A stretch of 64,000 bases of DNA from Lytechinus pictus (GCF_037042905.1 NC_087250.1:25732001-25796000), one strand, 5' to 3'; positions 28,301 through 39,594 are shown, numbered from the stretch's first letter. Numbers and translations: made by a program. Notes: generated by a model from the letters alone, not told the origin.

Positions 28301-28721
28301 CAATAATTATATTTTTGCTTTTTGGCTTCGTGATTTCTATGAATAAAGTTTCACTCTGTTTTAATGATATTTCTTTCCTTACTTTGAATTGTAAATGTTC
28401 ACTGATGTAAAATGCTACACCTCCTCCTCTTTGATCTTCCCGGTCACGCCTAATGAGATTATAGTTTTCCAAACTGAATATGTTAGGTGAAGTATTGTGA
28501 AGCCATGTTTCCGTGACACCAATAATGGAAAATTTGAAATTGTTTAAAGTGAAAAGTAATGATTCCAATGACTCAAAATTTTTGTTCAAACTACGAGCAT
28601 TAATATGAAGCAAACTGAATTTATGTTCCATGTCTCTAAATCTAGAAGTAAAATCTTCGGTTGAGTAATAGTTATTATCAGATGATATATTGTTTGTATT
28701 GAAAATAGAAAAAATATCCAT
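25309..28721 (-). mobile_element. CR1/L2-group LINE (Crack/Daphne-like): ORF2 and 3' UTR
   Basis: APE plus RT ORF; 3' end on minus is AATAAA followed by a short (TCAAA)n tail at ~25309-25325. Confidence 0.9.
25784..28721 (-). CDS. LINE ORF2 (APE endonuclease plus reverse transcriptase) with one frameshift at an A8 run (26673-26680)
   Basis: HINARSL, VTETWL, GGGVAFY, IYRPP, MGDFN, SDHLPV (APE); NYRPISIL, QYGFR, DLSKAFD, GVPQGSILGP, FADDT (RT); removing one base restores GPLLFLIYINDL. Confidence 0.9.
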
Positions 28722-29248
28722 GTCATTACTCAGGAGGATAATTTGATATTACCAAAAACTTAAGATTATTGGTATGATATGTGATTTGTGTGTAAATTTT
28801 CTGTGTCATAACAGCAAGATGGTGGTAGTAATGGTGATGAGATGAAGAGAGGATGAAGTTTAAAAAAACTAATAAAGGATGAATGTGAAATCGAATTTGC
28901 TGTTGGTGATTATGATGATGATGATGATGATGAAAATGATGAAAATGATGACAATGATGATGGAGGTGATGATTGGAGAATTGAAATCCTACAACCGGAA
29001 CCTGATAATGAATATACATAATCGAAATGTAATGAACACTCTTATTTCTGAGTGTCTCAGCCATGATTTGTATGCGAAGGAACCTTTTAAACACGAAGTA
29101 TCAGTGGCACTGTAATAATAAAGATACAAAATAAAGGTTTCGATCCTATCAAATAAAAATATACATTTATATATATATTGATATAATTGGTCATCGACAT
29201 CACGAAGTGTCTCAGAGGTCAGTAGTTATGGGTGAGACCTCATCCTAA

Positions 29249-29560
29249 TTGACCTTTGACCCATGACCTTTGACCACATGACCTCATACCAACTTGACCT
29301 TTGACCCGGCCATGACCTTTGACCACATGACCTCATACCAACTTGACCTTTGACCACATGACCTTTGACCCATGACCTTTGACCCGGTCATAACCTTTGA
29401 CCCGGGCAGCCTTTGACCTTTAGTCCAGTCAGCCTTTGACCACATGACCTTTAGCCGGTCAGCCTTTGACCTTTAGCCCGGTCAGCCTTTGACCTTTAGC
29501 CGGTCAGCCTTTGACCGCATGACCTTTAGTCCGGTCACCCACGCCCTTTGACCACACGAC
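29249..29560. repeat. Subterminal TGACCTTTGACC (DR1-like) repeat array, left arm
   Basis: Dense TGACCTTTGACC, TGACCTTTAG and CAGCCTTTGACC units. Confidence 0.9.
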
Positions 29561-30745
29561 CCGATGGTTGACCCAGACTTCCGGTCAGCCACGACGTCAC
29601 CGTGAAATGGTATTACGACGCGGTTATGCAACCACCGTGATGTCATAGAATTACCCTTATCGCACCATCGGTATTGCACCACCGTTGCGTCATCGCCGCG
29701 TATGGGTGGTTTTCGGTCGACCTTATCACACGATGCAGCGACGTTGCACGGGTATTTTTAGCATACGATACGATGCACAAAAACAAGACATCTATACAGT
29801 TTCCTATTTAAAAAGTGATCATTCTCCGCCTACCGGCGGATATGTCAAGCGCCTCGCATGACGTCACCAGCTACGCAAGCATCGTGATGTCATCCCAGGG
29901 AATTACCCTTTACCCGGTATTGCACCACCGTGGCGCAATCGTCATCGCCACGTTTAGGATACGATGCACAAAACAGACGTATGATCTCTACACAGTTTCC
30001 TATTTAAAAGTTATCTTTCTCCGCCTACCAGCAGATATGTCAAGTGCCTCGCGGTTCACGAATCGATTACCCCATGCACGGCCAACGCGCGTCATTGAAC
30101 TTGGGATATCATATTGGAAAGGTGAAAGCCGACTCTCTCTCTGCCTCTTATTTCAACAATTATTGGTAATCCAACGTGTGATTATAATCATGAAAATAGT
30201 GACATCTCAGGCACTACTCCTTCCAGACTTTTCCCTATCAAAACTCTCTGACTTTTTCATACTGTTTTGTTCATCCTTTTCATTTAACTCACATGACCTG
30301 CCCGGCTCTCTGACTCGCAAAAAGTATATTAAAACCAGTAGATATGACTCCTTTAAATCAACTTCATTCATCCGCAGTACAGATGGTGATAACATGAAAC
30401 ACTATACAGTCAAGGGTGATTCTTTATTATTATCATCATTTATTCTATTCCATTTCAATGTAGATAGGTTCAGATAGTGTATAAACAGCAGATTTTGATA
30501 CAAATGTAAATAATGTAAGTTATGTTCTCAAATTATGTTGTAATAACCAAATAATTGTTAACTGTTCATTGTTAATATTAAAGTGAAGTTCTCGTTTTTC
30601 TATTTCTTCGCTTAACTTAATGGATTGTAACACATGTATATGGATGGCATTCAGAAAATATGAACAGAATGAAGTTCAAACTGTCATTTATGTTGACGGC
30701 GTTTTCTTGGATGATTATCATTTGACAAGCATGATGTCTGTGTCA

Positions 30746-31396
30746 TTAGTTGTAGACTCCATCTTCGACCTCCGTTTCTTCTCCACCATCATCATTATCG
30801 TCATCGTCACCTTGATACTGGAATAAACCATCGAATCGTGAACCATGCCTGGCTAACACTCTCTGTACGGCTTTCCGGAATTCCATGCCATTCTCTAATC
30901 TTTCCGAGAGATCGGACACGATGTCACGATTGATGTCAGCGTCTTCGAGGTACACGTTCTGCTGCAAGAACTGAGAGTAAAGATCGAAAAAGATGCGTTT
31001 GACTGCCCAGAGTAGTTTCACGTGAGCCTTTGCTTTAGCGTCTTCTTCTTCCATTCCTTCTGAGATGTATTTCTGATATTTTTCGTCTCTCAAGTCCTTG
31101 GTGGCCGTCATGGCTTGCTCTAACCATCCGCGATAAGCGAGGTTGTCTTCAGTTTCTTCCATGTTTGCTGTCATTGACGATTCGTGTCCATCGCTTTCTG
31201 ATACGCTCGTTTCGGAATCATCGTTGGATTCTTCAACTCTTTGCATTTGAGAGGATGGGTCGGAGTCTTCATCTTCACTCGTTTCTTGTCCAGTATCATG
31301 CTCGTTTTGTTCATGCCTCTGCATATCGTACCTCCTACTAAAGGTTTTATCGCATCGTGAACAAGCATAACGGTTGGACATATCCAACGTATTCAT
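30746..31396 (-). CDS. 216-aa protein: N-terminal C2H2 zinc finger, acidic linker, helical C-terminal domain (probable Maverick accessory protein)
   Basis: YACSRCDKTFSRRYDMQRHEQNEH fits C-x2-C-x12-H-x4-H; ATG start, intact; identical copy at 32384-33034. Confidence 0.75.
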   Translation of the reverse strand: MNTLDMSNRYACSRCDKTFSRRYDMQRHEQNEHDTGQETSEDEDSDPSSQMQRVEESNDDSETSVSESDGHESSMTANMEETEDNLAYRGWLEQAMTATKDLRDEKYQKYISEGMEEEDAKAKAHVKLLWAVKRIFFDLYSQFLQQNVYLEDADINRDIVSDLSERLENGMEFRKAVQRVLARHGSRFDGLFQYQGDDDDNDDGGEETEVEDGVYN

Positions 31397-31500
31397 GTTG
31401 ACTCAATGATTATTTGTTGGGAAATGAAGAAAATTAACGTTCAACCTTGTAATAATACGTAATCATGAAACGCGCGCGAAAGGACTTCGATTACTCACAT

Positions 31501-32279
31501 AATTTTACGGATTCTTAAGGATTTTTACGGATTTTTACGGATCCTTACGGATTTTTACGGATTTTTACGGATCCGTACGGATTCTTACGGATCCTTACGG
31601 AGTTTTACGGATTCTTACGGATTCGTACGGATTCTTACGGATCCGTACGGATTCTTACGGATTCTTACGGATTTTTACGGATTTTTACGGATTCTTACGG
31701 ATTTTACGGATTTTTACGGATTCTTACGGATTCTTACGGATTTTTTACGGATTTTTACGGATTTTTACGGATTCTTACGGATTTTTACGGATTCTTACGG
31801 ATTCGTACAGATTTTTACGGATGCTTTCATATAATCTTTCATATATTCTCAAGGAAAATACATGTATGTTCATCCACATTGGAATGACCCATGCAGCATC
31901 CGTAAAAATCGGTACGGATCCGTACGAATCCGTACGAATCCGTAAGAATCCGTAAGAATCCGTAAGAATCCGTAAAAATCCGTAAGAATCCGTAAAAATC
32001 CGTAAGAATCCGTAAGAATCCGTAAAAATCCGTAAAAAATCCGTAAGAATCCGTAAGAATCCGTAAAAATCCGTAAAATCCGTAAGAATCCGTAAAAATC
32101 CGTAAAAATCCGTAAGAATCCGTAAGAATCCGTACGGATCCGTAAGAATCCGTACGAATCCGTAAGAATCCGTAAAACTCCGTAAGGATCCGTAAGAATC
32201 CGTACGGATCCGTAAAAATCCGTAAAAATCCGTAAGGATCCGTAAAAATCCGTAAAAATCCTTAAGAATCCGTAAAATT
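31501..32279. repeat. Two inverted arrays of a 10-bp unit (GGATTYTTAC) around a 69-bp unique spacer
   Basis: ~32 units at 31501-31820; spacer 31826-31894; ~38 reverse-complement units at 31900-32279. Confidence 0.95.
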
Positions 32280-32298
32280 ATGTGAGTAATCGAAGTCC

Positions 32299-32306
32299 TT
32301 TCGCGC
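32299..32306 (+). promoter_or_regulatory. Candidate E2F site upstream of the zinc-finger ORF (mirror copy at 31474-31481)
   Basis: TTTCGCGC matches the E2F consensus TTTSSCGC, ~80 bp before the ATG. Confidence 0.35.
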
Positions 32307-32383
32307 GCGTTTCATGATTACGTATTATTACAAGGTTGAACGTTAATTTTCTTCATTTCCCAACAAATAATCATTGAGTCAAC

Positions 32384-33034
32384 ATGAATACGTTGGATAT
32401 GTCCAACCGTTATGCTTGTTCACGATGCGATAAAACCTTTAGTAGGAGGTACGATATGCAGAGGCATGAACAAAACGAGCATGATACTGGACAAGAAACG
32501 AGTGAAGATGAAGACTCCGACCCATCCTCTCAAATGCAAAGAGTTGAAGAATCCAACGATGATTCCGAAACGAGCGTATCAGAAAGCGATGGACACGAAT
32601 CGTCAATGACAGCAAACATGGAAGAAACTGAAGACAACCTCGCTTATCGCGGATGGTTAGAGCAAGCCATGACGGCCACCAAGGACTTGAGAGACGAAAA
32701 ATATCAGAAATACATCTCAGAAGGAATGGAAGAAGAAGACGCTAAAGCAAAGGCTCACGTGAAACTACTCTGGGCAGTCAAACGCATCTTTTTCGATCTT
32801 TACTCTCAGTTCTTGCAGCAGAACGTGTACCTCGAAGACGCTGACATCAATCGTGACATCGTGTCCGATCTCTCGGAAAGATTAGAGAATGGCATGGAAT
32901 TCCGGAAAGCCGTACAGAGAGTGTTAGCCAGGCATGGTTCACGATTCGATGGTTTATTCCAGTATCAAGGTGACGATGACGATAATGATGATGGTGGAGA
33001 AGAAACGGAGGTCGAAGATGGAGTCTACAACTAA
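32384..33034 (+). CDS. 216-aa C2H2 zinc-finger protein, second identical copy
   Basis: Translation identical to 30746-31396; AATAAA downstream at ~33336 and ~33352. Confidence 0.75.
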   Translation: MNTLDMSNRYACSRCDKTFSRRYDMQRHEQNEHDTGQETSEDEDSDPSSQMQRVEESNDDSETSVSESDGHESSMTANMEETEDNLAYRGWLEQAMTATKDLRDEKYQKYISEGMEEEDAKAKAHVKLLWAVKRIFFDLYSQFLQQNVYLEDADINRDIVSDLSERLENGMEFRKAVQRVLARHGSRFDGLFQYQGDDDDNDDGGEETEVEDGVYN

Positions 33035-34219
33035 TGACACAGACATCATGCTTGTCAAATGATAATCATCCAAGAAAACGCCGTCAACATAAATGACAGT
33101 TTGAACTTCATTCTGTTCATATTTTCTGAATGCCATCCATATACATGTGTTACAATCCATTAAGTTAAGCGAAGAAATAGAAAAACGAGAACTTCACTTT
33201 AATATTAACAATGAACAGTTAACAATTATTTGGTTATTACAACATAATTTGAGAACATAACTTACATTATTTACATTTGTATCAAAATCTGCTGTTTATA
33301 CACTATCTGAACCTATCTACATTGAAATGGAATAGAATAAATGATGATAATAATAAAGAATCACCCTTGACTGTATAGTGTTTCATGTTATCACCATCTG
33401 TACTGCGGATGAATGAAGTTGATTTAAAGGAGTCATATCTACTGGTTTTAATATACTTTTTGCGAGTCAGAGAGCCGGGCAGGTCATGTGAGTTAAATGA
33501 AAAGGATGAACAAAACAGTATGAAAAAGTCAGAGAGTTTTGATAGGGAAAAGTCTGGAAGGAGTAGTGCCTGAGATGTCACTATTTTCATGATTATAATC
33601 ACACGTTGGATTACCAATAATTGTTGAAATAAGAGGCAGAGAGAGAGTCGGCTTTCACCTTTCCAATATGATATCCCAAGTTCAATGACGCGCGTTGGCC
33701 GTGCATGGGGTAATCGATTCGTGAACCGCGAGGCACTTGACATATCTGCTGGTAGGCGGAGAAAGATAACTTTTAAATAGGAAACTGTGTAGAGATCATA
33801 CGTCTGTTTTGTGCATCGTATCCTAAACGTGGCGATGACGATTGCGCCACGGTGGTGCAATACCGGGTAAAGGGTAATTCCCTGGGATGACATCACGATG
33901 CTTGCGTAGCTGGTGACGTCATGCGAGGCGCTTGACATATCCGCCGGTAGGCGGAGAATGATCACTTTTTAAATAGGAAACTGTATAGATGTCTTGTTTT
34001 TGTGCATCGTATCGTATGCTAAAAATACCCGTGCAACGTCGCTGCATCGTGTGATAAGGTCGACCGAAAACCACCCATACGCGGCGATGACGCAACGGTG
34101 GTGCAATACCGATGGTGCGATAAGGGTAATTCTATGACATCACGGTGGTTGCATAACCGCGTCGTAATACCATTTCACGGTGACGTCGTGGCTGACCGGA
34201 AGTCTGGGTCAACCATCGG

Positions 34220-34531
34220 GTCGTGTGGTCAAAGGGCGTGGGTGACCGGACTAAAGGTCATGCGGTCAAAGGCTGACCGGCTAAAGGTCAAAGGCTGACC
34301 GGGCTAAAGGTCAAAGGCTGACCGGCTAAAGGTCATGTGGTCAAAGGCTGACTGGACTAAAGGTCAAAGGCTGCCCGGGTCAAAGGTTATGACCGGGTCA
34401 AAGGTCATGGGTCAAAGGTCATGCGGTCAAAGGTCAAGTTGGTATGAGGTCATGTGGTCAAAGGTCATGGCCGGGTCAAAGGTCAAGTTGGTATGAGGTC
34501 ATGTGGTCAAAGGTCATGGGTCAAAGGTCAA
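34220..34531. repeat. Subterminal GGTCAAAGGTCA (DR1-like) array, right arm
   Basis: Reverse complement of 29249-29560. Confidence 0.9.
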
Positions 34532-35529
34532 TTAGGATGAGGTCTCACCCATAACTACTGAGGTCAGAGTCAATACAGACTCAAAAAATAATTTTAATTT
34601 GTTAATTTCTAATGAGATGTCAATTGTTGAATATCTCGTAAAATTTCAGTCTTTTATTTTTCTTGATCGATCACTTGTGTTGGTATTCAAAATAAAAAAA
34701 GTAAATTCTAAAAGCTAGAAATTAAACACAAGTTTCTCAAAATTGGTTCATGACCTCTGAAAACATAAGGATGGTTCGTGAAAAGGATGATAAATTAGCA
34801 CATAATGCCATGTACAACCAAAGGGTGGTGCCATAATGGATATACTGCATGCATGCTGGTATAATCACATAATGCATGGTTGCATAGGGCCTATACACAT
34901 AATGGCTGCATACAGGTTGATTCAGCAAAAGCTGGTGGATGTAAGAAAGGGAAAATTTCACAATGTCCAATAAATTTGCTACTATTGTCAATAAATGTCT
35001 GGACGATCAAATGATTATTATAAAACCTGCCCTGACCTGGCAACGGGTAATACATGGACAACGTGATGAGTTTATTCACCGATTAATAACAATGGAACAC
35101 CCCGTCACGTCACATGGCCACCGAGATAACAAGAAACATGTATAAAGGTACGGTCCAGTAAACCGCAATAGGCACAGTTGATATTATCCGGGGACAAAGC
35201 AATGAGGTGTCCCTAAACTCACTCATATAGTGAATTGCAGCAATCAGGAAGTTGATTACATAAAACATTTTTTTTTTTTGTATTTCCCTTCCCTTTGTTT
35301 ATCGATTTAGTCTAATTTTTCACTTGAGGCGCCAAAAACAAGATAAAATAAAATGTAACAATTCGAGCCTTCCAATTTAGAGTTCACTTTTTCCGTAAAA
35401 GATTGATATCAGCTCACGGTGAATAAACTACATCCGCGTGTGCACCTTCACATTCTAGTTCTACAGCAATAAAAAAAAAAAAAAAAAAAAACGAGATCCA
35501 CAAAATACATCCACATGTCTTCATATTAG

Positions 35530-37010
35530 AGTCTCACAATATGTGATGAAATATGAAGTATACTAATCATGCTAATGGTAGTCACTTCTTTAACAATTTC
35601 TGCAGAAATTTCGCATCTCCAGTATGAAAAAACACAGATTCACAGAGAGCTAGATTTAGCGTACACTTTCATAACTAGCTAAATGAATATCATGATATAT
35701 TGAAATTGAAATTTAATTGTGGTGTTTACAAAGACAATATAATATATTCAATATTTTCCTTCTAGATAATCTAGAAATTATCGCATTTAACTGAAGCTCT
35801 ATAAAGACTTACAGGTAGTTGTTTTCCCTCGAACAAAACACAACCACATATTTTCATATTTTGTTGATTAAATCTAATAATGTATATTGAAACATAATTT
35901 GTATATTGAGGATAATCTTATATGTTTAATAAAAAATATCTGCAGAAAATGACAAATTTCAAATATTAGTTCCACATAGAATTAGATATGTTTGGATAAA
36001 ATATTACCTCATATCTTCACATTTGGCAAATGCATCTCACTGTATATATGGTTTGTATACTAATGATAGTTCAATGTTTAACAACTTTTGCGGAAATTGT
36101 CGGATCACATATAAATAAAAGATTTAACTGGAGCTAGATATATTTGATACAAAAAATGACATATTTTTTTTTTTTTAGTTATGATTGAAAAAAGTGTCTA
36201 CAGAGTCGTTACATTCCAAGTAAAAGATTGATAATGAATCGAATGTATTTTAATAAAATGCAACCGCGTGTAAACATTCACATCTATGAGTCTCACGATA
36301 TATTGTCAAATTATTCAGATTTGGTTGTTTACAAAAATAATTTATTTAATTATTCCTCGAACAAAACACAACCAAATATTTTCAACTTTTGGCTGAATGG
36401 ATCTGATAATATACAGTGAGATATGATTTATATACTAATGATAATCTTATGCTTTGATGACAATATCTGCAGTAATTGTCACATTTGAAACAGAAGTTCC
36501 ACATTGAATTAGATGTATTTTAGGATTATATATATTTCACATTTAGTGAAGGATTTATATACCTATAATAGTCTTGTGTTTAACATCTGCATAAATCGTC
36601 ACTATTTAAGTTAAAGATAGATCCCGACTCGGATTATTTGAGCAAGCTATACAACCGCGTGCAAATCCATATGTAGTTAGATGAAATACACACTGTATCT
36701 TCAATTCATTCAAATTGATTTGTTTACAAAATGTTTTTTCTCCATGTTCTTCCATTATACTATCTATATGAATTGTGACATTTATAGTTTTTCTTTTACC
36801 CAAACAACAAAACCACATAAGATCTGCACATCTGGCTGAATGGATATCATAATAAGTGCATAGTAAGGTATGAAGATAATATTATGTTTAGCAATCTCTG
36901 TAGAAATTGACAGATTTCAAATAAAAGATTCACATACTAGTACAAGTCCTCACATTTTGGCGAATGCATCTCACAATATATATTTTTTGTTTACTAATCA
37001 TTGCAGAGAT
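35530..37010. repeat. Degenerate tandem repeat of ~450-530-bp units
   Basis: ACAAAAC(ACA)ACCA..GATAAT.TTAT..TCTG.AG.AA.TG.CA.ATTT recurs at ~35830, ~36360 and ~36800. Confidence 0.55.
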
Positions 37011-37489
37011 TGTTTATTGCTTTAGGTGAAGGACTTATGAAGATTTGGATGTTGTTGTTTTGGTTTGTTTGGGGGATAAATTACAACCTTTACATTATAG
37101 CTGTATGAATATTAAAATGTGTTTCGTTTACTAATCGATTTGGAAACAACGTTTATGTCAAAATATGGATTATACACTACCAGGCCTATAAGAATTCGAT
37201 ATTACAGATATTTGGTAGAGACACTAACACAAGGTTAGCTTCTTTTAAGCAATTCAAACAGCATACACCTGTGTATAAAGTCTGTAGGCCTATGACCGTG
37301 TTGGTGAGCTTTGATCCAACTAAGGAGCTTTGATCCAACTAAGGCGTTTTGATTTTTACATAGGATATGAGTTACTAGAATTTGAAGAACATTCCGGAAA
37401 AATTGTTTGTGCTTATCATTATATTATTATTTTAAGACAACTTTGCTCTAGTATTAGGGCAACAAGAATAATCGTGGGTTCTTACTCTT

Positions 37490-38362
37490 TTATTCTTGGT
37501 AACGCTTCCATTCTGTTGATTCTTTTGATTTGGTGTACAGGATAACTTTTGTGCCGGCAACAACTATTTTGGTTGAAAGGTTGTCTTCTTTCCTGAATTT
37601 GTACGCTTTTGCAGCCAGAATTCCTCTCTCAGCCTTCAACACTGGGGGTAAGTCGGTGCGAACACTGATTCTTGCTTTGCTGGGTTGCTCATTTCCTGGA
37701 CGTTGTGGCCTCCTTTCAAATGCAGATAGCAACCGATTCCTTTGGGCCATGTAAACAAACTTGGCGATGATAGGCTCTGGTGCGTTGGTGTTGGTGGCTC
37801 TACGAGTTGATGGGAGACGGTGAGCATTGATCAAGGCTACGGACTGTGCTTCCTCGTCACTCAAACCAAGCGAAATAAATACATCACGAAGAACATTCAT
37901 AACATTTTCATTTTCTTTTCTTTCCAACCCATAAAACAAGAGATTTGATTTCCTTTGATATATTTCGGATAGTAGTAGCTTTTCCTTTAGAGAGTCGATC
38001 TCATCTTGTAACTTTTTTTCCAATTGAGGCAGTTTTTCTTTCTCCAGATTCAGCATTCGTACAGAATTATCCTCAGCAGCCGCTTCTAGATCCGATACTT
38101 TTTTCTTTATTGAAGACAGGTCTGTGTGAATGATATCAAGTTTAGCACATACCCGACTAGAGAACTCGGAGAATGATTTTTGAAGATCCGCGATCGATGC
38201 CTCCATAGCTGGCATGTTGTCGGCATTCATGTGCTTACGTGGCGCCGTTGGGTCTACCTGAAGTGGGCGTTGGCTCGATGCACTAGCACGCGCACTGGTA
38301 TTGGTATTGCGTTGATGTTGACCGGGTCTGGATTTACTTCTCAGATCGTATCCTTTCTTCAT
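37490..38362 (-). CDS. LINE ORF1 (L1 ORF1p / Transposase_22-like: coiled coil, RRM, CTD)
   Basis: ATG at 38362 (MKKGYDLRSK); heptad coiled coil, then RKSNLLFYGLE..AHRL..PIIAKF..R..ISVRTDLP; YY1-like AAAATGGCG ~38495 in the presumptive 5' UTR. Confidence 0.85.
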   Translation of the reverse strand: MKKGYDLRSKSRPGQHQRNTNTSARASASSQRPLQVDPTAPRKHMNADNMPAMEASIADLQKSFSEFSSRVCAKLDIIHTDLSSIKKKVSDLEAAAEDNSVRMLNLEKEKLPQLEKKLQDEIDSLKEKLLLSEIYQRKSNLLFYGLERKENENVMNVLRDVFISLGLSDEEAQSVALINAHRLPSTRRATNTNAPEPIIAKFVYMAQRNRLLSAFERRPQRPGNEQPSKARISVRTDLPPVLKAERGILAAKAYKFRKEDNLSTKIVVAGTKVILYTKSKESTEWKRYQE

Positions 38363-38584
38363 GAGGAGAAAATCCCCCAAAATACGTCAGATGATACACC
38401 GAATGTTATATTGATATAATAAACCGGTCTTTACCTCAAATAATGGTTCCTGACGATAAAAGTCATATTATGAAAATTTCATGACTAGAACTCAAAAATG
38501 GCGCTCCTACTCCATTCCGCTGCGCATGCGTAGCAACAATGGATGAGACGCTGCAACGAAACTGTTGTACCAAACTGTTAATGC

Positions 38585-38973
38585 TAAATGAAAGTAGTTG
38601 CAGTAAAACACAGATTTCGTGAGAAAGACTGTAAAACCAAGGTTAAGTATTACTATATTAACGTGGATCTAGATCTGGCACAGTTATATAAACTGAACTT
38701 TGTGAAATCATAAAATCTAAGCTGAAAAATGATCACACTGAAGATCGCCAACACAGATAGGCACACGTGGGACAGTTGTTGGAATAAGGACCCGACGGAA
38801 GTGCCCAAATCCGCGCTTATTTTGCTTATTTCTCAGCAATTACAAAATTTCTTCCAGAATCCTTTGGCACATATTTCTTATTCATACAAACAGACACTTG
38901 GGTGGTCATTATATTGGATTCGGTAAAAAAAGTCATTTTGAGATCGTTACCACAACTGGAATTTATTTATCTT
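38585..38973 (-). mobile_element. MITE, inverted copy of the 51762-52150 family
   Basis: GTAGTTGCAGTAAA..GATCTAGATCTGG..GATCGTTACCACAACTGGAATTT is colinear with the reverse complement of 51762-52150. Confidence 0.7.
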
Positions 38974-39594
38974 AAAGAATATACTTGCTCCTGAAAAGCA
39001 ATATGATTTTATTCATTCATTCATTCATTCAATCAATGCTTTTAATGTTTTATTATCTTATGTATTTTACTTATGTAAATATCTATGTTATACTAATTTC
39101 AGTTGTATGGTTTTCCGGGGAGCGACCCTGTACGGGTTATCTAACCTTTGTTGTCTCCCGGAGACATGTTTGTATATATACACTTGTCTAAATACATTCA
39201 ATTAAAAAAAAATAATAATCAAATCAACCATCGTTGGAGAATCTTGCACCCAATAATTCACCAATATAACTACACCTAAGACTATCAGGCCCTTAAAACC
39301 TGTGTCTTAAAAGTCTCAAGTACCAATCCTAATAAGTCTTGTTCCATTTTCTGGGATTCGGGTCGCAGTCACGCCATATTATTAATGGAATACAAATAAG
39401 GAAACAGAATATTCGATTAAAGAGTGTTTTTTCCCCATTAGAATACATGAAACACAATAGTGTGTTCGATCTCTTAAAAATAGAATCCTTTAGATGAAAT
39501 ATATACTTTGGCGAACAGTTAGCCAAAGAGAGCGAGGAGAAGCGAGAAATTCGCCTTTCGGCATTCTAAAAGGATTAAAATATGTAAATTAGAC

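Larger units (their letters stand above)
29221..34559. mobile_element. Palindromic non-autonomous Maverick/Polinton-like element
   Basis: Termini AGTAGTTATG / CATAACTACT; 6-bp TSD GAGGTC (29215-29220, 34560-34565); inverted arms 29221-31825 and 31895-34559; 69-bp spacer; no pPolB, integrase or capsid ORF. Confidence 0.8.

Noticed and set aside
29815..30477. 220-aa ORF (and mirror 33303-33965)
   Set aside because: GTG start, spans DNA-level direct repeats and shows no recognisable domain; probably incidental
31501..32279. CRISPR-like or telomeric array
   Set aside because: No unique spacers between units, no cas genes, eukaryotic context, and the unit is not TTAGGG-like
29221..34559. Assembly fold-back artefact
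   Set aside because: Exact TSD, unique flanks on both sides, a substitution between arms, unequal arrays and a unique spacer argue against it; read confirmation is still desirable
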